From positions 1-64,000 of the IMG/VR virus record IMGVR_UViG_2939702853_000004: a stretch of DNA of 64,000 bases; one strand, written 5' to 3'. Below, one piece after another: positions 9,543-20,900 of this stretch. Source of the stretch: a virus (Duplodnaviria > Caudoviricetes). A model generated the notes under the pieces. It ran no database searches and had not been told where the DNA came from. It worked only from the letters and a program-made list of their open reading frames with translations. A program made the position numbers and the translations under genes. Within the stretch, counting starts at the first letter, position 1. Each line of letters begins with the position of its first letter.

Positions 9543-10492
9543 AGCCGCACCCCAACTTTTTCATATCCTCTTATTTGAGCCAGTTGGTCAAAGAGAATTT
9601 TATTATTGAAATTGAGTGTATCGAAAATATGATGTGCTGCACCTCCACCAATTAAATAATAATCAAAATTTATGTTTAATCCATCCGCCTCATTTTGAAT
9701 TTGAATTGCTAAGGATTTGAATGCTTTAGCTATTAGTGGCTTAATGTTAACCCCTTCGTAAATGCCGCTCATAACTATTTTATCCATCTCATAAATAGCT
9801 GGAGCTTGTCCTACTAGATTTTGTATATATTTTCTCAATAGTTTATATGCTTTTTCCACACCCAATAGTAAACTCGTAGATTCTTTCATGATTTCAAGTT
9901 TATCGAGTCCAAGTAGATTTAAGGTGTAAAATCCCAGATCAATCACTAGTATCTTCTTTTTGGCTATATGAACCTTTTCAATTTTACCTTTTATATTAAG
10001 CAGGTAATCCATTGCTATTCCATACCCTTGTGGCACAATCTTATATTTAATTATGTTTAGGCTAATTTCCGAATAACGTCCTCGTCCTTTTTTAATACTG
10101 TATGTACTATTGCTACTTATTTTATCGAGCATCTTTTCCATATCGCTTTTCTGATCGAAATAGAATGAAACAGGTAGTCCAGTAACCATCTTAAATGGGT
10201 TGTTCCCATTCAAATAACCAAGCCCAGTTTTCAATAGCACCTCTGATGTCATAGCCTCACTCTTATTGTTTTTAAGGGTAAAATATTTGATCTCGCTATG
10301 TCTGAGTGCAAGGTCGCCAATAAATAGCTGTTCATTGTAAAAGAAATCATTAGGCTTTATATTCTCATCAAACATCGGTTGTGTTTCACCTGATATTGAG
10401 GGTTGAAGATATAGCCTGTTTCCTCTTTTCCCTTTAGTCCAACTAAATCCTAAATCAAATACACTTAAGTCCTCAACAACAGTTGAAGCCAT
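9527..10492 (-). CDS. ParM/StbA-family actin-like ATPase
   Basis: Phosphate-1 DLGFSWTK, VTGLP, VPQGYG, phosphate-2 IDLGFYTLN, adenosine motif IGGGA. Confidence 0.88.
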   Translation of the reverse strand: MASTVVEDLSVFDLGFSWTKGKRGNRLYLQPSISGETQPMFDENIKPNDFFYNEQLFIGDLALRHSEIKYFTLKNNKSEAMTSEVLLKTGLGYLNGNNPFKMVTGLPVSFYFDQKSDMEKMLDKISSNSTYSIKKGRGRYSEISLNIIKYKIVPQGYGIAMDYLLNIKGKIEKVHIAKKKILVIDLGFYTLNLLGLDKLEIMKESTSLLLGVEKAYKLLRKYIQNLVGQAPAIYEMDKIVMSGIYEGVNIKPLIAKAFKSLAIQIQNEADGLNINFDYYLIGGGAAHHIFDTLNFNNKILFDQLAQIRGYEKVGVRLWGRE

Positions 10493-10714
10493 GATATAAC
10501 CTCCTCATACAATTAACATCATACGACGACATTAGCATACAGTGTCATAAGATGTAATACATTTGATAAATTCATTATATCACACCTTCTAACTATTGTA
10601 TATATTTTAATTATTTTTGTATATAAAATCAGGATTTTACGTAGAAATCACTATCATAAAATCCCTATAAACATTAAGTTTTTTGATTTTCTTATATTGA
10701 TTTATCGGACAAAT

Positions 10715-11107
10715 CTATATCCATCTTATTTTTTCTGTATTTTCGATCCTAAAAAACGAAGGCTCATAACCGAACTCCCTCATCCACTCCCGAACAACTT
10801 GAGTTAGCCTTTCATCTAAAATCTCTCTTTCTTCCCGCTTCACATAATACAGGTAGTCTTCTGCTGCTTCACCAACTTCATCATAAATAGATGACGCAAT
10901 ATCATCCAAAACTCCCTCAGAATCAACAGTAATGCTATTACTAATTTCGCAAAGTTGACCAACATAGAATTCTTTTTGTTCTTCTGGCGAATAGTATTCC
11001 TTTGCTGCTTCAATTGCTTGCGCTTTTAAATCAAAATACTCACCGATCCCCCAAACTCCGTCTGATACATCGTTAAACATCCACTACCCATTTTTAAAAG
11101 TCCTCAT
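10715..11107 (-). pseudogene. Phage hypothetical protein with a premature TAG at codon 8; paralog of 60799-61224
   Basis: ATG AGG ACT TTT AAA AAT GGG TAG TGG ATG; the paralog reads GKWMYN at this position. Confidence 0.6.
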
Positions 11108-11215
11108 GAATATTCTCCTTTTCTTAAATTAATTAGTAATGCAACAATTGTTCCAAGTATTGAAGACATCCCAAAATACATTAATGCTTCTAAAATGCTC
11201 ATTTATAGCTCCCTA

Positions 11216-11629
11216 TCAGATAATTTGTTCACTTGTAAACAATCTGTCAAACCAATTTGTATTCAAGTTAAATAGCATTTCTTTGGTATTTACAAGTGAT
11301 CTCCAAATAACATTTTGTTCATTTTTGCTAATTTCTTTAATTATGTAATAATCATAAAGTTCGTGCATCCACCCCCATGTGTTATCCACGTACTTACCAT
11401 CATGAGTTTGATTGATAAAGTGTACAATTACTACTGTATTATCATCTTTATCTATTGCTACACAAGAAAACACCTTTGAAGCTTTATCTTCTCTAACTTT
11501 CTGAACCGCATTCAGATGACATCTATGCGTGTAATTTATCTCACCCAAAACAAACTCATCAGGGCTTAATTTTTTATAGGTAGCCTTAACATAGGCCGTT
11601 ATTTTTCTTTTCACCCTGTCTTTAATCAT
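11216..11629 (-). CDS. Hypothetical phage protein
   Basis: 137-aa ORF with RBS AGGAG; 5' side bounded by the repeat at 11648. Confidence 0.7.
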   Translation of the reverse strand: MIKDRVKRKITAYVKATYKKLSPDEFVLGEINYTHRCHLNAVQKVREDKASKVFSCVAIDKDDNTVVIVHFINQTHDGKYVDNTWGWMHELYDYYIIKEISKNEQNVIWRSLVNTKEMLFNLNTNWFDRLFTSEQII

Positions 11630-11660
11630 TCGATACTCCTTTCCTGATCAAATTCATGTT

Positions 11661-12122
11661 TTATACGAACTGTTTATATGTATTTGATAACTCTATAAAC
11701 CACTCTTTGTCATTCATATCGATTGCCATGTCAATTAGAGTCATAATGCACTCTTTATCTAAATCAGGTTCTTCATTTATTACAGTGGCAATTAACACCG
11801 TATTCTTATTGTAGCTGCTGATATTCTCTTCAATCTGGTCAATCTCATTTATGTATGCTGTCACTTCTACTTTTCCACCAAGCTCTAATTCCAACATTCC
11901 TTTAATCTCTTTCAGTGTAAGCCTTCTTTTAAAAATCTCTTCTATATATTTGAACGAAACAATCTTTCCGTTAAAATTCAATTTTCTGATAATAAAATCA
12001 TAACTACTTGCCATTACATCTACATCGATTTGTATTTCAGGTTCACTCTTATATATAGCATAATGCTTCTTGAGCGACTTCTTCAGAATTTGAAAAATAT
12101 CATCTTGGTTTAAGAATTTCAT
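11661..12122 (-). CDS. IDEAL-domain protein
   Basis: C-terminal LIDMAIDMNDKEWFIELS. Confidence 0.7.
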   Translation of the reverse strand: MKFLNQDDIFQILKKSLKKHYAIYKSEPEIQIDVDVMASSYDFIIRKLNFNGKIVSFKYIEEIFKRRLTLKEIKGMLELELGGKVEVTAYINEIDQIEENISSYNKNTVLIATVINEEPDLDKECIMTLIDMAIDMNDKEWFIELSNTYKQFV

Positions 12123-13487
12123 GTGTATTATCGATCATCAAAAATGATCATCCTCCGCTTGATAATATTCTGTGGAACTGTTTATTTGCCATTGCCATAA
12201 CTTGCTTATGTATTTTGCGTATTGCTCATCTGTTATTTGTTTTGAATCTTTTTTATTGGTCATAATTTCCATGTATTCTTGAATTCTTATGCCCACGACC
12301 TCCCCATTCAAAACTCAAGTTCGCAACCACCAATACCAATATCTAAATATCTTTCTCCTTTGTCGTCTTCTATAATTGTAAATGAGGCTTTATCAAGATG
12401 GTACCCTTTACATTGATATCCATCGGTAATTCTAACTTCTAAATCATTCAAGCCATCAGTCCTTTGAAGAACCCTTATTAGATCTTTAATGTTCATCTGT
12501 TGCCACCTTTCTTGATCAAAGTCGCCTTTTATTGTGGTTCAAAATAACTTTCAACTTTTTTGGAATTGCCGCCTAGATACATTTTGATCTCATTTAATAT
12601 TCTTATAGTATCTCCAAATGGTTCCTTCATGTGTGGAGAATATTCTATGGCAGAATCCGTTGCTGCTAATGTACACAGTTTTTTATCTAATTCATTAAAC
12701 AAGTCACCCAATACACTACCTTCCATGTTTCTCTCTCCAATCTTCGTAAAATTCATCTCTTACACGATTATTTTGTACTTAATTCGATTTCACGCTGAAG
12801 AATGTTTCTCACTTCTTGTAACTCTTTCTGATCTTTTTTCAGATTAGCAATGTGATAAACCATTTTCTTTGTTTGTTCAAGAGTTTCATAGTCTTTGATT
12901 TTAAACTGAAGACTAAATAATTTATCTTCAATTGCTTGAAACGCTACCCATCTTTGACCAGTGGTTAAGTCCATATTCTGTCTCCTCTTTTTCGTAAAGT
13001 GCATCTTTTACTTACATAGCGCTTCGATTGACTTAATTAATTCCTGCTTATCAACACAGACTTCTCTGTCTCCTAGTTTTATTGTCAACTCCAAAGAATC
13101 ACGATAAGACTGAAAATCAATTGTTTCAGTTGAATATGAGTTGTAACTATCAGTTAGTAAATTGAGCGTTATTTTCATCTGCGCGCCCTCCGTAAAAATA
13201 CTCAGATTTGGCAAGTTCGACCCTATTGTCAGATAAACTTGGAAAAAGGTAATCCTTATTAAATACTGTTTTGTAGAATACCCAAAAAACTTTCATTTTT
13301 ATGTTTACGTTAAACTCAACAATAGCTCCAGCTCTTTCCCAATATGTTGTTTTATTCTTATGGATGATTTTATATTTCTTATTACCATGATCATAATAAT
13401 GAACTTCTTTCTGAAGACTCATCTAAACCCTCTTTCCTTATAAAATATGAGTTTCACTTATTTATTATAGTAAAAGATTTTGGACAG

Positions 13488-14258
13488 TTATTTTTCATTA
13501 GTGCGTTTCGGGACTCGATTCGTGTATTCTTTTGGAATTTGATTAAATTCATAATTATTCCCATATAGCTCTCTAGCCTTATAATTATGAGCAATTGCGG
13601 CATCTATTTTCTCATCGTATGTACCCAAGCAGATCGTTCTTTTATTTTTATCAACTATATATGCTGCCCACTTTTCACTTTTTGTTTTTCTTACTCCCAC
13701 AAAGCCAGAAGTTGTCTTTGACCTTAAATTGGTTTTGTGTTTTTCCCAATCTTCTCTGCTCATATATTCTACGTCTTCAATAATTGCAAATTCGCCATGA
13801 AATTCTTTCGCATAATAATTTCTGGAATTTATCGCTGCCTTTAAATTGTTGAAGCTACCTATATAAAAAGGCTTTCCTTTATCATCTCTTATTCTTGCTT
13901 GCCAACTCTCAGTCTTACTTTTGTTGTTGTTCTTAAAAATACCATGATATCCAGAGGAAACATTATTTTTCTTTACATTTCGTTCATTTTCAACTCTCAA
14001 ACACAATCTTAAATTTTCTTTTCGGTTATCTAGTCCCTTTCGGTTGATATGATCAACTTCAAAATTAATAATATCTATTCCTGAAGCCTTCATAATTAAG
14101 CGATGCATATATTCGCCTCTGCTGGTCTTTGCATAATTTTGTTCCTGACTGTTTCTGTATTTGGGATACCATTTATACGAATTTATCATTTCATAATCTT
14201 CATCATCCACAAGAGCATAGATATGCTTTTGGTTCCCACTCATAAATACTTTTTTCAC
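13488..14258 (-). CDS. HNH homing endonuclease with AP2 DNA-binding domains
   Basis: ALVDDEDY, MHRLIM, VDHINRKGLDNRKENLR, and two AP2 repeats (SGYHGI...W.A.I; SGFVGV...WAAYI...LGTY). Confidence 0.88.
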   Translation of the reverse strand: MKKVFMSGNQKHIYALVDDEDYEMINSYKWYPKYRNSQEQNYAKTSRGEYMHRLIMKASGIDIINFEVDHINRKGLDNRKENLRLCLRVENERNVKKNNVSSGYHGIFKNNNKSKTESWQARIRDDKGKPFYIGSFNNLKAAINSRNYYAKEFHGEFAIIEDVEYMSREDWEKHKTNLRSKTTSGFVGVRKTKSEKWAAYIVDKNKRTICLGTYDEKIDAAIAHNYKARELYGNNYEFNQIPKEYTNRVPKRTNEK

Positions 14259-14320
14259 ACTGAATCCCTCTCAATATTTAATAAAACAAGTGTTTTACCG
14301 TAATGCGTATTTATATTTAA

Positions 14321-16150
14321 TCAAGCCAACGCTAATCCATTAATTAGACAATCATACAGGTCTTTTGGTCTTTCGACTTTATCAAAATCCATTAGATTAA
14401 TGGCTCGAACAATCTCTTTTAGGTTGCATAGTAAGAATTTGTAGTCATTGATATCTAAATTCTCATCGTTGCTTTCTCTAAGTCTACTGTTATCAATTAC
14501 TGTTCTATCTATATATACTTTATTATTCAGGTAATCGTGTACGGCTACAAATTCATCCTCGATCTTTTCAATTGTATGGTTTAGAACATTGATTTGTGTT
14601 TGTTTGAGTACCATAACGTCACCGATAGAAAACACATTCCTATTGAACCCAATCATCCGACTAACCATATCTAGCAACATCAAAGCTCTGCTTTCTTTTT
14701 GACTCAACTCGGTGTTGGAAATCGATGCTTTAATCAATGTATTCTCAGTTAATTCTGAGATATGCACAATGTTTTGCTCTTTCCCTAGAGCCTCTAATAT
14801 GCTACTTTCCAGTTTGTTTCTTGATACAATTACCTTTAATTTGTAATGCTCTGCAATTTTAAATTTCTGTTCTTGTTCAACAATTTGATCAAATGATAGC
14901 CAGAATACTGGTTCAGAATTAAAGTCAATTTGTTGACCCTTTCTTTCTTCGATCTTATCATCGTCAATTTCCGGTTCACTTCGTCCACCAGCAGATCCTT
15001 CTCTCCCACCCCAAGTCGAAACTCCTTCAGCTTTAGGCGCCTTGCGTTTTACTTGTTGAACAAATTCTATCTCTTTATGATTTGACTCAGATTGCTTAGC
15101 CGCTTCTGATTTAATAAAGACTTCATATTGATTGACACTTCTGATTTCTGGATTCTTTCTTTTAGTCAAAGCGATCTTATTGAGGTATTCGGAGTCATTT
15201 TGATTCTCAGTATCAAACACCAAAAAGGTCATCTCATTCTTCAATTTTTCCTTATCTACATTCCAAGAGATAGCATCAATATGATTTTCGATGTGCCTCT
15301 GTTCTCCATATAGGAAACTGTGATTGGCAAGCTCTTTAATGTATTTGGACACTTCTTTTAAAAACTCAAAATATTTATCATCTCTGATAATATCCTTACG
15401 GTCTGGAGAGGTAAGATTAAGCGTCTTATCATTGATGTGTAAATCGCCTTTTACATAATAGTAGCTATCAAGTTTCGTCACTAATCTACCCTTATAGAAT
15501 ACTTTCAAATCTTGGCTAAACCCTGAGTTCAAAGAAACCCAGCCTTTAATCTTGTCAGAATCAATTACTTTTGAGAACACACTACCATCAGTATCAGTCA
15601 AATTCATTTTTTGTTGAAGTTTACCATCGCAATATACATTTAGTTCATGTATGTATTTGCCCAACAATTCAATTCTTTCTCGAATCAGAGATGTCGAAAC
15701 CTCATTAAAATCAAAATTATTCAATATCAACTTGAAACCATTATATGTATTATCAGTCTCAGTTACTTCTATGTTTGTTTTGTTGTTTTGAATCATCTCG
15801 CCAACATTAAAGATGATATGTTTATTTCCAGTCAGCACTTCAATGTGATCGCTTACGGTTATGTTACTGAAAAACCCCATTCCAAACGGTGATTCTGATT
15901 TCTGAATGTCATCGTCCCATTCAGATTCTGCAATTGAGAAAAGAGCTTGTGGGTTTAATAATGTCTGACCATTATTTTCAATCGTAACCTTATCGTTGTG
16001 GGGGTCTACCGAAACCCTTACTTCCGTTGCCTTAGCCCTCTGTGCATTTTGAATATCCTCATCCAGAAAAGACAATTTATCTTTAAAAGTGCTTTGACGA
16101 AGCAGCTTGAGTTGATTGATTACATTTACTTTGATTTCAACGTTATTCAT
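14321..16150 (-). CDS. GHKL (HSP90/MORC-like) ATPase-domain protein
   Basis: N-box EDIQNAQRA, ENNG G1-like box, PFGMGFFS G2 box; long uncharacterised C-terminus. Confidence 0.75.
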   Translation of the reverse strand: MNNVEIKVNVINQLKLLRQSTFKDKLSFLDEDIQNAQRAKATEVRVSVDPHNDKVTIENNGQTLLNPQALFSIAESEWDDDIQKSESPFGMGFFSNITVSDHIEVLTGNKHIIFNVGEMIQNNKTNIEVTETDNTYNGFKLILNNFDFNEVSTSLIRERIELLGKYIHELNVYCDGKLQQKMNLTDTDGSVFSKVIDSDKIKGWVSLNSGFSQDLKVFYKGRLVTKLDSYYYVKGDLHINDKTLNLTSPDRKDIIRDDKYFEFLKEVSKYIKELANHSFLYGEQRHIENHIDAISWNVDKEKLKNEMTFLVFDTENQNDSEYLNKIALTKRKNPEIRSVNQYEVFIKSEAAKQSESNHKEIEFVQQVKRKAPKAEGVSTWGGREGSAGGRSEPEIDDDKIEERKGQQIDFNSEPVFWLSFDQIVEQEQKFKIAEHYKLKVIVSRNKLESSILEALGKEQNIVHISELTENTLIKASISNTELSQKESRALMLLDMVSRMIGFNRNVFSIGDVMVLKQTQINVLNHTIEKIEDEFVAVHDYLNNKVYIDRTVIDNSRLRESNDENLDINDYKFLLCNLKEIVRAINLMDFDKVERPKDLYDCLINGLALA

Positions 16151-16200
16151 TTATCCTCTTCCTTTCTTAGTAAAACAGGTATTTTAGAAGGTTACACTCA

Positions 16201-16380
16201 CTAATCCGTAATGCCTCCAATTTCCGCCTTACACGAAGGGCAAACGTGGGCAGCACAATCTCTATATTCGGGGTCAGAAATGCTCCCTATTTCGCCTTTA
16301 AACACTTCCATTGTCGCTTTATCCCAATCACGATTCCAATTCTTTTCTCCACACTCTGGACATTTTGCTTTGAGTTTCAT
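16201..16380 (-). CDS. Small zinc-ribbon protein (59 aa, absent from the ORF track)
   Basis: MKLKAKCPECG...HVCPSCKAEIGGITD with RBS AGGAGG; the only gene between repeats 16171 and 16425. Confidence 0.75.
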   Translation of the reverse strand: MKLKAKCPECGEKNWNRDWDKATMEVFKGEIGSISDPEYRDCAAHVCPSCKAEIGGITD

Positions 16381-17864
16381 TCTTTTACTCCTCCTACCTA
16401 CTTCATTATTAGTTCCAATCTTTATAAAACTAGACTTTTATGATCAATTGTAAGCTCATTAATCTTATTTTCTAAAATCTTTAATGTTGATATTCCCGCC
16501 TGCTTCATTATAGTCAGCAAGGGTTCGCTTAATGCTGTCCAACATGATATTACAGTTCTCTTTGCTTGGGTTTTGTGAAATGTTGTAGAGCATATTAGAT
16601 AATCCACGCATAGTAACTTCTAAGTAACTCATTGTTTGATATTCTCCTTCTCATATTCATCTGTATGTTGATAGCCGATCTGCACAAAAGATCCATCAAT
16701 ATATGTAGTAATTTTATATTCATTTAATAAAGCACATACTGCATTCTTCTTGCTGACTTCTTTAAACATAACTCTCTTACCTTTTTTAAGCTTTTTTATG
16801 ATTGTTAGAATTTCATTCATTGTCATTCCCCTCCTTTGAGATATCTTCTTCGATTACCTTTATGGAGATTTCAAATTTATACCTTTTTCCTGACTCAGTT
16901 AACCCATCTAACAAGTCATTTGGATAAACCATATACAATCCTTTGTTAAATACTGCCTTATTAAATTTATTGGGTCGTCTTCCGGTGATTTGTTTAAAAA
17001 CAATTTTGTCTACATCAAAACAAAATGCTTCGTGATCTCCACTTGGATAACCATTGAATATGAATTGCTTTTCTTTCATGTTCGTGCCTCCAATAATTCA
17101 GGATTATCGTGAATGTTACCAATTCATTTCTTCCAAACTAAATAGTTTTTTATCGCAGTTTTTGCAGTAGGCAACCTTTCCGTTCTTATGCTTTAAATGC
17201 TCATAATACTCGCCATTTTCTGCCTCTGTTCCATCAAAGTGATAACTATATCTTGTTTTACCAACAACGTAGTCTTTGGTGTAATATCCATCATCACTAT
17301 CGCAATAAGGACATTTTTCAATTGGTGCTTTACTCATAACTTTTTATTCTCCATTTCTATTAGCAGCCGCCGTTTTCGCAAGCGATTGTCTCCAAAGTAT
17401 CTTCAGCCTCCGCTAATTGATCAGCAGTTTCGTAAATAATCTCTAGTGCCTTAGCTACTGTAACTCGCATTGTACTGTGTTCAATTTCTTCTCCAATTGA
17501 ATATCGATACATTTTATTTATGATTAAATCCTTTTCAGACTTGGTCATGAGTCATTCCCCTTTTAATAGTCTTAATAAAATTAGATTTTTATCTCGTTCT
17601 TAATTTCTATTTTAATTTGTTCAAATAATTCTATTGCTTTTTGTTGAGTTCCTTTAGAGAACATTGACAGACTGATATATTCTGTTTCTGAACACTCCAA
17701 TGTTTTTCCAAATAATTTCCCCATCGAGATATCAACTTTAATTTTTGCACTTCCATTAAGTTCATTATCTTCGCCATAATAATTTTCACTACTAAGTGAA
17801 ACACTAATCAGTTCACAATCCACACTACTTTTCATTGAATCATCTCCTTATTTGTTTGCGTAGT

Positions 17865-18146
17865 TCACTTCAAATGGTCTGCAACTCTATCTTTAGGCAG
17901 TCTCATTAAAATAGATGCGCCAAAATCATTCAATGCGTCTTCACCCTTGATTGCATCTTCTGGAATCCAAACTTCAAGTTTGACTCGATAATAGCCCCTG
18001 TTCTTTCCTTTTTTAGATGGTGCATAAGTGTTGATTGTCCCTGAAGGTGGAGCTAAGACCATTAAACTGTCGTCATATTTCTCTAACACTTGATCTACAT
18101 ACATTCCAACCACTTCTTTAGTAGCTCCAAAAATCACTTTTCTCAT
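17865..18146 (-). CDS. Hypothetical phage protein
   Basis: 93-aa ORF with RBS GGAGG. Confidence 0.7.
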   Translation of the reverse strand: MRKVIFGATKEVVGMYVDQVLEKYDDSLMVLAPPSGTINTYAPSKKGKNRGYYRVKLEVWIPEDAIKGEDALNDFGASILMRLPKDRVADHLK

Positions 18147-18198
18147 TAAATTTATCCTCCAATATGTTATATTTAAATTATTTTCCTTTTATGTATTA

Positions 18199-18783
18199 CT
18201 AGAAATTGTTGGTGGCAATTGCGTAGGCAATATTTTTCTTTGCTATTTGTGCGTCTTTTATCTCATTGGTCATCAACAATATTTCATATTCCAAATTAGC
18301 AATTTTATCATCACACTCTTTTCTGACGTTTTCGGATCGTGTTCTTACTTTCTTATATTTAAGGGCTGCAACTTCTGCTTCATTTTTCGCCTTAGCGAGT
18401 TCTAATTTTTTGCGTCTTGAAAATTCAAATCGGTGTAACTTACGGAACTCTTTTTTGTAGATATCTTTTATTTTATCTCTGAATGGGATGTGTTCCCTGT
18501 TGTCTCTCTCAATTTCATAGACTGTTGCTACTAAATGAGTGTCAATATTTGTATGAATGGCAATAGAGTTATTATATACATACATATGAGCATCCCTTCC
18601 GCATTTATCAGGAAGTATTCCAATGTACTCAGAGCTTTTTAATAAACCCCTGATATAATCTGTAGCTGTTCTTTTGTTTTTACTAACCGCAGGAAATCTC
18701 TCTTGTATTCTCTCAAAAGCGTGGGTAGATAGTTCAATGTTCTTAGTTTCAATCATGTAAATCATCTCCTTTAGTATTATCAA
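18199..18783 (-). CDS. Hypothetical phage protein (HAFERIQER motif, C-terminal coiled coil)
   Basis: ORF track; an internal AAGGAG suggests the true start is near 18756. Confidence 0.65.
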   Translation of the reverse strand: MIILKEMIYMIETKNIELSTHAFERIQERFPAVSKNKRTATDYIRGLLKSSEYIGILPDKCGRDAHMYVYNNSIAIHTNIDTHLVATVYEIERDNREHIPFRDKIKDIYKKEFRKLHRFEFSRRKKLELAKAKNEAEVAALKYKKVRTRSENVRKECDDKIANLEYEILLMTNEIKDAQIAKKNIAYAIATNNF

Positions 18784-19572
18784 TACCTTGTTATATGTAT
18801 TGTGTATTTTGATAAAAGACGGCTTTTACGAAGAGCTACACTAGCAGTTTCCCTTCGAGTCGATCATATGCATTTTTAACGGTCTCACGAATTTCTATGT
18901 ATTTGTCATAGTTCTTAGTCAAATCAATCACTTTTCCGTTTTGAATTGTAAGCTGGAGGTGATAATACTGTATATATTTTTCGCCATCATGTTCAGCAAA
19001 CTTAGTCCCTAATGCAACTGCCCTTTTAATTTTATACTCAATATCAGTGATTGAATCACATTTTAGATAACTAACTGGGCAAAGCTCTTCATATTGTTCA
19101 ATAACCTTATTGCTAACTTTCATCCGATCATCTCCTATGTATTTATTTTGTTTTGTACCAAGTGTTTGCATAGAGCATATCAGTTTCTGAGAATTCTGTG
19201 TAGAATTGATTATGTTTATTTGATTGATCGTGTCCATCTTTAACACCCAATTCATAGCACATTCGCCTGTGACCTTCTCTGACCCCCTCAAATGCTTTGC
19301 TCCAAAATAGCTTATGTATAATTGACTCAAACACTTCTACTTCACCTTCCTTCCAGTTAGATTAACAAACTTACCGAACTTATCAATTTTATAAGGTCGA
19401 TTAGAATGTTGCTGAAATTCCACTAATTCATCATATGTCTCTTCCGTTGGTTTAAATTCGAAGCCATTGAAGCTAGTTTTTTCACCTACGAGAAATGTCG
19501 TTGATCTTGGCTCATCATCCACCCAACAGATATTTAATAGTATTTCAGCTTCTTTTGTTAACTTCATTTAAA

Positions 19573-20116
19573 TCATCCTCTCAAAGACATGAATAGAATA
19601 ACGAAATAATTGAATAATATGTGGCTTGATATCGGTACTAAGATGTTATCTGTCTTTTTATAATACCAACTCCATACGATGCCAATAAATACGTAGCTAA
19701 AAAAATTGATCATACTAAAATGTGGTATCGCGAATATTGTAGAGCTTATTATTGCTGAAGCCCAAAAGCCGAATCGTTGATTTAGTTTGGCGAATATGTA
19801 CTTCCTACAAATCAGCTCTTCAATGATAGGGCTGAAAACAATAGCATATATGTACATAATAGGTGTTTGAATAAGCGGCTTTGACATTGGATCAATAAAC
19901 AGTGACGACAATTTTGTTAGAGCGGCAAACCCCATTATAGCGAAGCAGAACGAGTTAAAAATTGATTCCCTATTTATCTTTGAGTTAATTTGTTCATAAT
20001 CTTCCTTAAGTAAATGTCTACCAAATCTCATTAATAATCCTAAGATTATTGTAGGTGCAATATTAAGCAGAAAGTAAATCGTACACTTTCACATCCTTCT
20101 TTAACAAATCATTCAT
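19573..20116 (-). pseudogene. CPBP (CAAX/Abi) intramembrane metalloprotease, frameshifted near the 5' end
   Basis: PIIEELICR, FAIPH and SHILFN motifs. RBS GGAGG plus ATG at 20116 is out of frame by one base. Confidence 0.7.
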
Positions 20117-20134
20117 AATTATCAACCTCCTAAT

Positions 20135-20166
20135 AAAAAAAGTACAGGCTTTGTTTAACCTGTACT
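20135..20166 (-). terminator. Rho-independent terminator of the nrd-thyX operon
   Basis: AGTACAGG/CCTGTACT stem followed by a T run on the minus strand. Confidence 0.75.
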
Positions 20167-20213
20167 CATATTATCATATTTAATTATTTTTGTATATAGG
20201 TGTTTCATTATTT

Positions 20214-20900
20214 TTATTTATTTAATTCGTCAATGCTAATAGGGAATTTTTCTTTTGCTAAATCAATAACCGCTTTGGCGTATTCTTGAATCTCCTTTTG
20301 AGCATCATGTTCGAGTCTCTGGTTTAAGAAGTGACAAACACCTTGAAGAGAAGTAGACCAATACCAACGCACATACATACCATATGCCGGGAGAAACAAC
20401 CTTGCTTGCTCTGCACAAATGCCTTTTTCGATAGCCCATTCATAATTAGTTTCTGCGTCTTCAATGGTCTTGAATAGTCTATGGGTAGCTTCTTCGCCAA
20501 GTTCAAACTTAACAATATCTCCGCTGCCTTGCTTTGAGTTTTCAGGTTTAGAACGCCACTCATTAAATGCTGGTACATGAAAATTTGGTTCTTCAGTGAT
20601 GTAGCGACGACTAGATTCATTCCAAGCATCCATTGTATGGTCAGAGCCAACGATGTATTTCCACCATTGTCGTGCTACCATAAGAGGAGCATATACCTCA
20701 AATTGTAGAAATGCATGTCTGAAAGGGCTTGAATGTCCTTCTCTTGCTAGAAATTTAATTAGCTTGATATCTTTTTCAGTTAGTTCTTTTGATTCTTTAG
20801 CATATGATGTTTTTGCAGCATTAACCACTGTAAGATCGGAACCCATTACATCTACAAGTCTAACATAACCCTGATCTAATACATCAATTTTATTAAGCAT
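20214..20900 (-). CDS. thyX: Flavin-dependent thymidylate synthase ThyX (in frame with the upstream HNH, own RBS)
   Basis: VLDQGYVRLVDVMGSDLTVVNAA, HSSPFRH, APLMVARQW, WNESSRRY, EQARLFLP, HDAQKEI. AAGGAG precedes the ATG at 20900. Confidence 0.93.
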   Translation of the reverse strand: MLNKIDVLDQGYVRLVDVMGSDLTVVNAAKTSYAKESKELTEKDIKLIKFLAREGHSSPFRHAFLQFEVYAPLMVARQWWKYIVGSDHTMDAWNESSRRYITEEPNFHVPAFNEWRSKPENSKQGSGDIVKFELGEEATHRLFKTIEDAETNYEWAIEKGICAEQARLFLPAYGMYVRWYWSTSLQGVCHFLNQRLEHDAQKEIQEYAKAVIDLAKEKFPISIDELNK

